In this document: one piece after another, positions 52,173 through 61,419 of the stretch | Layout of the letters: each line of letters starts with the position of its first letter | Numbering within the stretch: the stretch's first letter is position 1 | Origin: Alphaproteobacteria bacterium | GTDB lineage: Bacteria > Pseudomonadota > Alphaproteobacteria > SP197 | Assembly: GCA_965228895.1 (NCBI GenBank) | Contig: OZ245842.1 | Span: 3,104,001-3,168,000 of the forward strand | Length of the DNA: 64,000 bases | Reading direction: 5' to 3' | Notes under the pieces: generated by a model | Database searches by the model: none | What the model was told of the DNA's origin: nothing | The model's input: the letters and a program-made list of their open reading frames with translations, nothing else | Made by a program: the position numbers and the translations under genes

Positions 52173-53261
52173 GTGACGGACGACGGCAGGATCGTTCCGC
52201 CCGGCGGCACCATCGGCATTGTCGGCGGCGGCCAGCTTGGCCGCATGACGGCACTCGCCGCCGCGCCGCTCGGCTATCGCTGCCATATCTATTGTCCCGA
52301 CGCCGACAGTCCGGCCGAACAGGTTGCCGACAAGGCGACGGTCGCGCCCTATGACGATGCCGACGCGCTCGACCGGTTCGCCGCCGAGGTCGACGTCATC
52401 ACCTATGAGTTCGAGAACCTGCCGACCGAAGCCTTTGCGCGCATGGGCCGGCAGGCACCGGTGCGCCCGCACTGGCGCTGCCTGGAAACGACCCAGCATC
52501 GGGTGACGGAGAAAGATTTCATCAACGCCCAGGGTATCGGCACCGCGCCCTACCAGTTGGTGCAGGGCCCCGACGAGCTTGCCGCTGCGCTCGAGGCCGT
52601 CGGCCGACCGGCGGTCTTGAAGACGACACGGCTGGGCTATGACGGCAAGGGTCAGGTCGGGATCAAGGACGGCGACGATCCGGCCGAAGCCTGGGCCGCC
52701 ATGAACGGCGATGAAGGCATCCTGGAAGGCTTCGTCGATTTCCGCTGCGAGGTCTCGTCGATCATCGCGCGCGGCCTGGACGGTGAGACCGCGGCCTTCG
52801 ACGTGGTGGAGAACCGCCACACCAACCACATCCTGGCGACCACCACCGCGCCCGCCGCGATCTCGAGCGACCTGGCGCGCGATGCCCAGGCAATGGCGGC
52901 AACGCTTGCCACCGCGCTCGATCTGGTCGGCCTGCTGGCGGTCGAGATGTTCGTCAGGTCAGACGACCGGCTTCTGGTCAACGAACTGGCGGCGCGGCCG
53001 CATAACTCCGGCCACTGGTCGATCGACGCCTGCCACGCCAGCCAGTTCGAACAGTTCGTGCGCGCCGTCTGCGGCCTGCCGCTAGGCGACCCGACACGCC
53101 ACAGCGACGCCGTCATGACCAACCTGCTGGGCGACGACATCGATCAGTGGCAGACGCTGCTGGCCGAGCCCAACGCGCATCTGCACCTCTACGGCAAGGC
53201 CGAAGCCCGGCCCGGCCGCAAGATGGGTCACGTGACGCGGGTCAATCCGCTAACGCGTTAG
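52173..53261 (+). CDS. purK: N5-carboxyaminoimidazole ribonucleotide synthase
   Basis: IGIVGGGQLGRM, TYEFEN, GYDGKGQ, NELAARPHNSGHW, YGKAEARPGRKMGH. Confidence 0.97.
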   Translation: MTDDGRIVPPGGTIGIVGGGQLGRMTALAAAPLGYRCHIYCPDADSPAEQVADKATVAPYDDADALDRFAAEVDVITYEFENLPTEAFARMGRQAPVRPHWRCLETTQHRVTEKDFINAQGIGTAPYQLVQGPDELAAALEAVGRPAVLKTTRLGYDGKGQVGIKDGDDPAEAWAAMNGDEGILEGFVDFRCEVSSIIARGLDGETAAFDVVENRHTNHILATTTAPAAISSDLARDAQAMAATLATALDLVGLLAVEMFVRSDDRLLVNELAARPHNSGHWSIDACHASQFEQFVRAVCGLPLGDPTRHSDAVMTNLLGDDIDQWQTLLAEPNAHLHLYGKAEARPGRKMGHVTRVNPLTR

Positions 53262-54144
53262 ATCGCGTCCGCCGTCCCTCGAACAAGTCCCGGTCGGCGT
53301 GGATGCGCTGGGCGATGAAGTCGGTGAACAGGCGCACGCGCGCGACTTGTCTGACATCCGGGTGGGTGAGCACCCATAGATCCGGCGCGGTCTCGACGAC
53401 CGGCTCGGCAATGATGCGCCGCAGTTCGGGATCGGGGTCGCTGACATAACAGGGCAAGGCGACGACGCCCAATCCCTGCTGCGCCATGGCGCGCATGGTC
53501 TGCAGATCGTCGACACGGTGGCGAATGCGCGCCTGAGGATAGCTGCTCAGGATCGTCAATTGGTCATAGGCTTCGTCCTGCCAGCCGATCCATGTCCAAT
53601 CGGCGGGACCCGAACCATCGACGGCGTGCGTGGTTTCCGACGGTGAGGCATAGACGCCGAGCGCGGCTTTGGCGAGCCGCCGGCCGACCAGCGTATCCGG
53701 CGGCCGGCTGGCGACGCGTACCGCGATATCGGCTTCGCGCCGGCCCAGGCTCAAGTGCTGGAACGTACAGATGACGCTGAGATCGATCTCCGGGTGGTCG
53801 ACCAGGAAGTCGGCGAGATGGGGTGCAAGATAAAGGTTCGCCATGACCTCGGTGCAGGTGATCCTGATCGCGCCAGTCAGCCGGCGATCCTGTCCGAACA
53901 CCTTGCGGTCGATGCTGTTCAGTTCGTCTTCGATCTGCTCGACGGCTTCGACAATCTCCATGCCCGGCGCCGATAAGACGTAGCCCGACGGCGTGTGTTC
54001 GAGCAGGCGAACGCCAAGACCATCCTCCATCGCCTTCAGGCGACGCGATACGGTCGGTTGGCTGACGCCCAACGCCTTGGCCGCCTCGGTCAGGGTGCGG
54101 GCACGGGCGATGGCGAGGAAGTAGCGGTAGTCGTCCCAGTTCAT
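53242..54144 (-). CDS. LysR-family transcriptional regulator
   Basis: MNWDDYRYFLAIARARTLTEAAKALGVSQPTVSRRL, READIAVR. Confidence 0.92.
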   Translation of the reverse strand: MNWDDYRYFLAIARARTLTEAAKALGVSQPTVSRRLKAMEDGLGVRLLEHTPSGYVLSAPGMEIVEAVEQIEDELNSIDRKVFGQDRRLTGAIRITCTEVMANLYLAPHLADFLVDHPEIDLSVICTFQHLSLGRREADIAVRVASRPPDTLVGRRLAKAALGVYASPSETTHAVDGSGPADWTWIGWQDEAYDQLTILSSYPQARIRHRVDDLQTMRAMAQQGLGVVALPCYVSDPDPELRRIIAEPVVETAPDLWVLTHPDVRQVARVRLFTDFIAQRIHADRDLFEGRRTRSNALAD

Positions 54145-54157
54145 CGTTTCCTCACGT

Positions 54158-54215
54158 CATTCAAATTTGAATGCGAACTATCGAAACTTGTCGATGGTAC
54201 TTCAAAATTGTTGAA
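54158..54215. promoter_or_regulatory. Putative LysR binding sites
   Basis: Perfect 16-bp palindrome CATTCAAATTTGAATG (54158-54173) and TTCAA-N5-TTGAA (54201-54215). Confidence 0.6.
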
Positions 54216-54273
54216 ATGTAGATTGAGTCCGCAAGGCCGATGATCGGCCAGGCCATCCGAGGAGACAGGGCCC

Positions 54274-55428
54274 ATGGGGACATTCGATGTCATCGTCGTG
54301 GGGTTAGGCGCGATGGGCGGCGCCGCCGCCTTTCACTGCGCCAAGCGCGGCGCCCGTGTCCTTGGCCTCGATGCCAATCCGCCCCATCACCGCCTGGGCT
54401 CGTCCCATGGCGCGACGCGGGCCATTCGCGAGACCTATTTCGAGTCACCTGACTACGTGCCCTTGGCATGGCGTTCATTCGACCTGTGGCGCGAGCTGGA
54501 GGCCGAAACGGGCAACGCCTTGCTGTCCTGCAATGGCGCGGTCTATGTCGGGCCGGAAGGCCATCCGATGATGAACGGTGTCGCATCGGCGGCCTTGCAA
54601 CACGGCCTTGATTACGAAACGCTCGCGCGCGCAGACGCGATGCGGCGCTTTCCCGGTTTTTCCATGCCCGATGGCTGGCAGGCGATCTACGAACGACGCG
54701 GCGGTGTCCTGCAGGCCGACCGTTGTCTGGACGGCCATGCCGATCTGGCGCGCCGGCACGGCGCCGACCTGCGTTTCGGCGAAAGCGTCCGGGCGTGGCG
54801 GCAGAGCGATAACGGATCGGTAGCCGTCGAAACAGACAGCGGCGCGCACGAAGCCGGCGCGATGATTTTGACCGTCGGCCCGTGGGCCTGCGAAGCGCTC
54901 GACGAACTCGGCCTGCCGCTGACCGGCCGACGCATTACCGTCGTTCACTTCGAAACCGACCAGCCAGCGCTTTACGATCCCGATAGCATGTCGGTCTATT
55001 TCTGGGCGACGCCCGAAGGCGTCTATGCCGGCTTTCCGCATTTCGACAATGAAGGTACCAAGATCATGCGCCACGACACCGGCGATGTGTGCACGCCGGC
55101 GACCGTGCGGCGCACGGTTACCGACGATGACATGGCGGACGTCACGGGCTTCGCCGATACCTATATGCCGCACGCCAACAACGGCGTGCGTGAAAGCCAT
55201 GTCTGTCTCTACACGATGACGCCGGACAACCACTTCATCATCGATCGGCATCCCGGCTTTGAAAACGTTGCCTATGCCACGGGCTTCAGCGGCCATGGCT
55301 TCAAGTTCGCGCCGGTGGTCGGCGAGATCCTGGCCGACTTCGTGCTGGATCAACAATCGTCGCGCCCGATCGGTTTCCTGAGCGCCGACCGCTTTGCCGG
55401 CGCGGACGTCACAAGCGCCACGGACTGA
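54274..55428 (+). CDS. solA: N-methyl-L-tryptophan oxidase / monomeric sarcosine oxidase-family flavoprotein
   Basis: VIVVGLGAMG, GSSHGATRAIR, CLYTMTPDNHFIID (covalent FAD Cys), GFSGHGFKF. Confidence 0.85.
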   Translation: MGTFDVIVVGLGAMGGAAAFHCAKRGARVLGLDANPPHHRLGSSHGATRAIRETYFESPDYVPLAWRSFDLWRELEAETGNALLSCNGAVYVGPEGHPMMNGVASAALQHGLDYETLARADAMRRFPGFSMPDGWQAIYERRGGVLQADRCLDGHADLARRHGADLRFGESVRAWRQSDNGSVAVETDSGAHEAGAMILTVGPWACEALDELGLPLTGRRITVVHFETDQPALYDPDSMSVYFWATPEGVYAGFPHFDNEGTKIMRHDTGDVCTPATVRRTVTDDDMADVTGFADTYMPHANNGVRESHVCLYTMTPDNHFIIDRHPGFENVAYATGFSGHGFKFAPVVGEILADFVLDQQSSRPIGFLSADRFAGADVTSATD

Positions 55429-55440
55429 CGCCACGACGGA

Positions 55441-56049
55441 TCAGGTTTCGCGCGTCTGCTCCAGGCCGGCGACAAAACACGACATCAAGGTCTCCGCCAT
55501 CGCGTGAACGGTCTGGTCGGAGACGATCTGGAGTTTGCCGGCCCCCGACAGCGAACAAATGCCGTGCAGGCTGGCCCACAGAACCCTGGCCGCGCCTTTC
55601 AGGCTGTCGTCATCGAGATCCGGCAGACGCCGTGCAAGTGCGGCTTCGATCAAACCCAAGACCCGGTCGATCTTCTGCACGTACCAGTCTGGCAGTGTCT
55701 GGCCGGCCGATAGCCGGTGTTCGAACAGGACCGCCCACAGGTTCCGGTTGCCGTCGAGAAAATCGAGGTAACCGGTGAGCAGCGCGTTGAGATCGCGGGC
55801 CGGATCGCCGGTCTGTGGGATGGCGGCCAGGTCGTCGAAAAGCGCGTCCAGGGTACGCCCGTTCATGTGGACGATCAGATCGTCCAGATCGTCGAAGACG
55901 TTGTAGAGCGTTCCCGGTGAATAGCCGATCGCCTGCGCGACCTTGCGCGCGGTGAGTGCCGAGAGGCCGTCATTGGTGACAATGCCGCGCGCGGCGGTCA
56001 GAGCGAGGTCATAGAGCTCCTCGCGGCTGTGATCGGATCTGCGCCCCAT
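55441..56049 (-). CDS. TetR-family regulator (WHG-type C-terminus)
   Basis: LTARKVAQAIGYSPGTLYNVF, LWASLHG. Confidence 0.9.
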   Translation of the reverse strand: MGRRSDHSREELYDLALTAARGIVTNDGLSALTARKVAQAIGYSPGTLYNVFDDLDDLIVHMNGRTLDALFDDLAAIPQTGDPARDLNALLTGYLDFLDGNRNLWAVLFEHRLSAGQTLPDWYVQKIDRVLGLIEAALARRLPDLDDDSLKGAARVLWASLHGICSLSGAGKLQIVSDQTVHAMAETLMSCFVAGLEQTRET

Positions 56050-56092
56050 TTTCCCTGCTTTTTCCGTTGGTTCCCCTGATCTGAAAAAATAT

Positions 56093-56137
56093 ATTGAACG
56101 ATGTTCAATTGCAACCTATATTTTGAACGCTGTTCAA
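56093..56137. promoter_or_regulatory. Two palindromic TetR operators
   Basis: ATTGAAC-GAT-GTTCAAT (56093-56109) and TTGAAC-GCT-GTTCAA (56123-56137). Confidence 0.75.
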
Positions 56138-56159
56138 TTCTTGGATGTGGGAGGATCGT

Positions 56160-56810
56160 GTGTCGCTCTACAATCTCAAGCCACGCTTCCTGTTCATGCT
56201 GTGTCCGCTGGCCCGCGCGCTGGCGCGCCGCCGGGTCACGCCCAACCAAGTCACCCTGTCGGCCGCGCTTGGGTCGCTGGTCGTGGGCGCCATCGTGTTC
56301 GGCTTTGCCAGCACACGCTGGATCTTCCTGCTGATCCCGATCTGGCTGTTTGCCCGCATGGCGCTGAACGCACTGGACGGGATGATCGCCCGCGACGCCA
56401 ACCAGACCACCAAACTCGGCGCCTACCTGAACGAGTTGTCGGATGTGGTCTCCGATACCGCGATCTATCTCCCGTTTGTCCTCATCGCCCCGTTCAATGG
56501 CTATTCTGTCGCGATCGTCATCTATCTCGGTGTCCTGTCGGAGTTCGCCGGCGTGCTCGGCCCGACGGTCGGCGCCTCGCGTCGTTATGACGGCCCCATG
56601 GGCAAGAGCGACCGTGCGCTTGTCTTCGGCGGCTTGGGCCTTGCCGTGGCCTGCACGACGACCCTGCCGGCATGGCTTGCCTGGTTCTTCCCGATCATGG
56701 GCGTTGCCTTGCTCATCACGATCGTCAACCGGGTGCGCGGCGGTCTCATGGCCACGCGTACGGCGACAGCCCCCTTACCCCACCATCAACGCCCCAGCCA
56801 TCAGGAATGA
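56160..56810 (+). CDS. ynbA: CDP-alcohol phosphatidyltransferase (YnbA-like)
   Basis: SLYNLKPRF, TPNQVT, RMALNALDGMIAR, GAYLNELSDVVSD, GPMGKSDRA. Confidence 0.85.
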   Translation: MSLYNLKPRFLFMLCPLARALARRRVTPNQVTLSAALGSLVVGAIVFGFASTRWIFLLIPIWLFARMALNALDGMIARDANQTTKLGAYLNELSDVVSDTAIYLPFVLIAPFNGYSVAIVIYLGVLSEFAGVLGPTVGASRRYDGPMGKSDRALVFGGLGLAVACTTTLPAWLAWFFPIMGVALLITIVNRVRGGLMATRTATAPLPHHQRPSHQE

Positions 56811-56816
56811 TCCATC

Positions 56817-58574
56817 ATGAAATCGCGAACGGTCACCGAAACAACGTTTGATACCCATGACGGCGCCAAGCTGTTCTACCGTCACTGGCCTGCCCTGACC
56901 GATAACCCGAGGGGCGCCATCGTTCTGCTGCACCGGGGCCACGAGCATTCCGGACGCGTCGCCCACCTGGTCGGCGAACTCAATCTGCCGGAGTTTTCGT
57001 TTTTTGCCTGGGACGCGCGCGGTCACGGTCTGTCGTCCGGCGAGCGCGGCTTCAGCCCGAGTGCGGCAACGTCGGTTCGCGACGTCAAAAGCTTCGTCGA
57101 TCACATCACCTGTACCCACGATGTGTCTTCCGGCGATATCGTGGTGATCGGTCAAAGCATCGGCGCGGTCCTGGCCGCTGCCTGGGTGCACGACTATGCC
57201 CCGAACATACGCGCCCTTGTGCTCGCCGCGCCCGCGTTCAGCGTCAACTTGCGCATCCCCCTTGCCTTGCCTGCCTTGCGGCTGAAACACGCGGTCGGCG
57301 GCAACTTCTTCGTCAAGAGTTACGTCAAGGTGAAACAGTTGACCCATGACCGCAATCGCATCGCCTCCTACAACAACGACCCCCTGATCAGCCGGCCGAT
57401 CTCATCGACCATGTTGTTGGACCTGCATGATCTGTCGGCACGCCTCGTTGATGACGCTGCCGCCATCACGGTTCCGACCCAGCTTCTGATCCCGGGCAAG
57501 GACCGGATTGTCGATCAGGCTCCGCAACACCGCTTCTATGAGCGGCTTGGCGCCCCGGTCAAAGAGCGGCATGTCTTTCCCGGTCATCTGCATGACATCT
57601 TGGGAGAGAAAGACAGGCGTCCGGTCATCGAGTGTACGCGCGCGTTTGTTTTGGCAAACTTCGACAAGCCGACCGCCCCGCCGTCGCTTCTGGATGCCGA
57701 CAAACATGGTCCGACGTGCCGCGACGTCGATCGGTTGCGCGCGCCGCTGCCGACGTTGTCGGCGAAGGGGCTTTACTGGTCCAGTCTGCGGTTGGCGTTA
57801 CGGCTTGGCGGCTGGTTGTCCAAGGGCCTACGCATCGGACGGCGCTACGGCTTCAATTCGGGCACCATGCTCGACTACGTCTATCAGAACAGGCCTAAAG
57901 GCCTGACACCGCTGGGCCGCGCGCTTGACCGCGCCTATCTGAACGCGGTCGGATGGAAAGGTATCCGCCAGCGCAAACCTCACCTTGAGGAGCTGCTGCG
58001 CTCAGCCATCGAACGGGTGCGTGAGGCCGGCGAGCCCCTGCACATCCTCGACATCGCCGCCGGACGCGGCCGCTATGTGCTGGACGTTGTCGAGGCCATC
58101 GAGCCACGGCCGCAGTCCGTCATGCTGCGCGATATCAGCGACGTGAACGTCGAAGCGGCAACGCAGTCGATCGCACACAGGCGATTGAGCGACATCGTCA
58201 CCTTCACCAAGGGCGACGCGTTCGACACCGACGGCATCGCCGCCATCGAACCCCACCCGACGGTCGCCATCGTTTCCGGCCTCTACGAGCTGATCCCCGA
58301 TAACGCCCCCGTCCGGGCATCGCTGGAAGGGCTTGGGCGCGCCGTTCGCGACGGTGGTTACCTGATCTATACGGGGCAGCCCTGGCACCCCCAGCTGGAA
58401 ATGATCGCCCGCACCCTGACGGACCACAAGCACGGCGCACCCTGGATCATGCGTTGCCGCACTCAAGTCGAACTGGACCAGCTCGTCGCCGCCGCTGGCT
58501 TCAAGAAGATCGATCAGCGGGTCGACGCGTGGGGCATCTTCACCGTCTCGCTGGCGCAAAAGGTGACGTCATGA
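56817..58574 (+). CDS. ynbC: Bifunctional alpha/beta hydrolase - class I SAM methyltransferase (YnbC-like)
   Basis: HRGHEHSGR, DARGHG, GQSIG; LDIAAGRGRY, VSGLYEL, YTGQPWHPQLE. Confidence 0.88.
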   Translation: MKSRTVTETTFDTHDGAKLFYRHWPALTDNPRGAIVLLHRGHEHSGRVAHLVGELNLPEFSFFAWDARGHGLSSGERGFSPSAATSVRDVKSFVDHITCTHDVSSGDIVVIGQSIGAVLAAAWVHDYAPNIRALVLAAPAFSVNLRIPLALPALRLKHAVGGNFFVKSYVKVKQLTHDRNRIASYNNDPLISRPISSTMLLDLHDLSARLVDDAAAITVPTQLLIPGKDRIVDQAPQHRFYERLGAPVKERHVFPGHLHDILGEKDRRPVIECTRAFVLANFDKPTAPPSLLDADKHGPTCRDVDRLRAPLPTLSAKGLYWSSLRLALRLGGWLSKGLRIGRRYGFNSGTMLDYVYQNRPKGLTPLGRALDRAYLNAVGWKGIRQRKPHLEELLRSAIERVREAGEPLHILDIAAGRGRYVLDVVEAIEPRPQSVMLRDISDVNVEAATQSIAHRRLSDIVTFTKGDAFDTDGIAAIEPHPTVAIVSGLYELIPDNAPVRASLEGLGRAVRDGGYLIYTGQPWHPQLEMIARTLTDHKHGAPWIMRCRTQVELDQLVAAAGFKKIDQRVDAWGIFTVSLAQKVTS

Positions 58575-59278
58575 GCGCGGTCGTCGACCCCGCCTATGCC
58601 GACCAGGCGGGGCATCGCCCGTCCGCCCTCAGGCAGTGGCTGGCGTCCCTGTTCACCGCCGCCGTGCTGGTGTTCGTGCGGCTGATGACCTCGGCAACGA
58701 CCACCTGGGTCGGGTCGAAGCCGTTGCCCGTGCAGCGCATCTATTTCGCCAACCACGCCAGCAATGGCGACTTTGTTCTCATTTGGTCCGCACTGCCCCG
58801 CGCGCTGCGGTCCATGACCCGGCCCGTGGCCGGCGCCGACTATTGGCTGAAGAACGCCGTGCAGCGGTTTGTCGCGACGGACGTGTTCGGCTCGGTTTTG
58901 ATCGACCGAAGCTGCTCGGCTCCCGCAGCCGAGGCTCTGGAACACATGGCCGATGCCTTGCGCGACGGCGCATCACTCATCCTGTTCCCCGAAGGCACGC
59001 GCAACATGACGGACGCGCCCTTGCTGCCGTTCAAAAGCGGCCTGTTTCATTTGGCCAAACGGCAACCCGATGTCGAAATCGTGCCGGTCTGGCTCGCCAA
59101 CACCGGGCGTGTGTTGCCGAAAGGCGAGATCGTGCCCGTGCCGCTGCATTGCACCGTGACGTTCGGCGCGCCGCTCAAGCTGAAATCCAAGGAACCAAGG
59201 GCTGCGTTTTTGGAGCGCGCATCAAACGCGCTGCTTTGTCTGGCGCCAAAGGCCCTTCCCAACGCGGCGCCTGCGTGA
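58571..59278 (+). CDS. Lysophospholipid acyltransferase (PlsC family)
   Basis: ANHASNGD (HX4D), RPVAGADYW, FPEGTR, PFKSG. Confidence 0.9.
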   Translation: MSAVVDPAYADQAGHRPSALRQWLASLFTAAVLVFVRLMTSATTTWVGSKPLPVQRIYFANHASNGDFVLIWSALPRALRSMTRPVAGADYWLKNAVQRFVATDVFGSVLIDRSCSAPAAEALEHMADALRDGASLILFPEGTRNMTDAPLLPFKSGLFHLAKRQPDVEIVPVWLANTGRVLPKGEIVPVPLHCTVTFGAPLKLKSKEPRAAFLERASNALLCLAPKALPNAAPA

Positions 59279-60222
59279 TGATACCCGCGTTCGACATGAT
59301 CGCGTTGTTCGGCGGTCTTGCCGCGGTGCTGACGCTGGCGACCGTGGTTGGTCGGGTCCTGGCGCGCACCCGTCAAACAAATCAATCGCGGCATGTCATC
59401 GAGAATGTGAACCAACGCGTCAATGCATGGTGGGTGATGGTCGCCGTGATGGGCGTTGCCTTCCTGCTCGGCGCGAGCGCCATCGTGATCCTGTTTGCGC
59501 TCTTGTCATTTGCCGCGTTCCGCGAGTTCATGTCGTTGGCCGAGACCAGGCGCAGCGACCACTGGGTCCTGCTCAGCGGATTTTTTGTCGTGTTGCCGGT
59601 CCAGTACCTTCTGGTGTGGCAGGGCTGGCTGGAACTGGCCGCTCTCTTCATTCCGGTATGCGTCTTCATTCTGCTGCCCATCGTTTCGGCCTTGCAGGGT
59701 GATGCCGCGGGTTACCTCGGACGCATCGCGGCAACGCACTGGGGCCTGATGCTGTGCATCTACTGTCTTTCTTTCGTCCCGATGTTGACGAGCCTCGACA
59801 TACCGGGTTTCGAGCAGCGCCAACTTCTGCTCGTCGCCTTCTTCCTCGTCATCGTCCAGGCCAGTGACGTCTTCCAGTTCATCTGGGGCAAACTTGTTGG
59901 GCGTCACAAGGTTGCGCCGACGCTCTCGCCGTCGAAAACGATCGAAGGCCTGGTGGGCGGCGTCATCTGTGCGGCCGCACTGGGCGCCGCACTCGCGTGG
60001 CTTACGCCGTTCAACCCGTGGCAGGCATCATTGATGGCCCTGATGATCGCCGTCCTTGGTTTCTTTGGCGGGCTCGTGATGTCAGCCATCAAACGTGACC
60101 GCGGGGTCAAGGATTGGGGTGCGATGATCGCCGGTCATGGCGGCGTCCTTGATCGTCTGGACTCCGTCGTCTTCGCGGCGCCCGTCTTCTTCTATGCCGT
60201 GCAGTATGGATGGGCTGTCTGA
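59278..60222 (+). CDS. ynbB: Phosphatidate cytidylyltransferase (YnbB-like)
   Basis: SDVFQFIWGK, SPSKTIEG, MSAIKRDRGVKDWG, GHGGVLDRLDS. Confidence 0.88.
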   Translation: MIPAFDMIALFGGLAAVLTLATVVGRVLARTRQTNQSRHVIENVNQRVNAWWVMVAVMGVAFLLGASAIVILFALLSFAAFREFMSLAETRRSDHWVLLSGFFVVLPVQYLLVWQGWLELAALFIPVCVFILLPIVSALQGDAAGYLGRIAATHWGLMLCIYCLSFVPMLTSLDIPGFEQRQLLLVAFFLVIVQASDVFQFIWGKLVGRHKVAPTLSPSKTIEGLVGGVICAAALGAALAWLTPFNPWQASLMALMIAVLGFFGGLVMSAIKRDRGVKDWGAMIAGHGGVLDRLDSVVFAAPVFFYAVQYGWAV

Positions 60223-60342
60223 GTCGGTGGATACGACCGCGCGGAACGGTTCAACTGTCTGCCGCCGCGATAACTTGGTTTGTGCGCGCTACGCTCTCCG
60301 TTAGGCTGTGCGATCAAACGCAAGCCATGGCCGGAACACAAC

Positions 60343-60858
60343 ATGACAGCCCAAGGCGTTCTCATCACGGGCGTTTACGGCACCGGCAAGTCGTCGGTGG
60401 TTGAGGAGATCGCGGGACTTCTCGAAGAGGCCGGCCACAACTACGGCGCCATCGATCTGGACTGGCTGCAGTGGTTCGACGCCGACATCGACGAAGCCAG
60501 AAGCACGGCCGTCTATCTGGCCAACCTCTCAGCCGTCGCCGGCAACTACATCGATGTCGGCGTCGAGCGGTTGGTGATGGCGGGCGCCATTCGCGATGAA
60601 ACCACGCTGGCTGCCATCAGGTCAGCCGTTCCCGTGCCGATGCGTGTTGTCCGCCTGACCGCGCCCTTCGCCACGATCGAGGCGCGACTGGGTACGGCGA
60701 TCACGGCTGGGCGCGCGGATGACCTGCGGGTTGCCGCGGAATGGCTCGAGGCCTCCATCGGCGTCGGCTTTGAAGACATCGCCGTGGCCAACGACCGGCC
60801 GGTACGCGAGACCGCGCTTGAGGTGCTGGACTGGTTAGGCTGGTGGTCGCCGGCTTGA
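60343..60858 (+). CDS. Small P-loop NTPase/kinase-like protein
   Basis: Walker A GVYGTGKS, AIDLDWL. Confidence 0.7.
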   Translation: MTAQGVLITGVYGTGKSSVVEEIAGLLEEAGHNYGAIDLDWLQWFDADIDEARSTAVYLANLSAVAGNYIDVGVERLVMAGAIRDETTLAAIRSAVPVPMRVVRLTAPFATIEARLGTAITAGRADDLRVAAEWLEASIGVGFEDIAVANDRPVRETALEVLDWLGWWSPA

Positions 60859-60912
60859 TCGAGATCGCTGGACATCCGGCCGTCGCCTAAAGCGACGGCC
60901 GATCATCAAGGC

Positions 60913-61341
60913 CTATTCTTCCTCAGGCACAAGATCGACGGCAATCAAGACCGTCGGCACGTCGCCCATGTTGCCACCCCAATGCCGCATGCTCGCATCC
61001 TCGAACCAATAAGTACCGGCGCCATGGGCGATCTGCTCCCCTGCGTCTGGTACCTCGGTAAACGAGCCGCTGATGAGATAGACAGCGATGGGTCTCTGCT
61101 CGTGCGAATGATGCGCGACGATCGCGCCCGGCTCCAATGTGATCTGACGGACACGAAGGACATAGCCCTCCATCGCTGGGATCTGTTCGGCCAGTGGCAA
61201 GATGTCCATAGAGTCGATCGTTATGCCCGACGACTCTTGCGGTGGCGCATCCTGAGCGCTGGTGATTTGGACAGATGCCAGCAATACCAGACCTGCAATG
61301 ACTGGCACGCTCCATCGCGTCATTTGTCGACTAAAGCTCAT
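60913..61341 (-). CDS. Exported cupin-domain protein
   Basis: Signal peptide ending TSA-QD, LEPGAIVAHHSH, HWGGNMG. Confidence 0.8.
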   Translation of the reverse strand: MSFSRQMTRWSVPVIAGLVLLASVQITSAQDAPPQESSGITIDSMDILPLAEQIPAMEGYVLRVRQITLEPGAIVAHHSHEQRPIAVYLISGSFTEVPDAGEQIAHGAGTYWFEDASMRHWGGNMGDVPTVLIAVDLVPEEE

Positions 61342-61419
61342 GATTCCTCCCCTTTCGTTACGATATTGCCATGGTCGCCAGCCGATCGGTGCAACGCCGG
61401 CGTCATGTAGATCACGCTA

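Noticed and set aside
58636-59277. Long N-terminal extensions in the ORF track (also 22570-23520, 18382, 33873, 52071)
   Set aside because: They overlap real upstream genes in another frame; downstream starts coupled to upstream stops fit better
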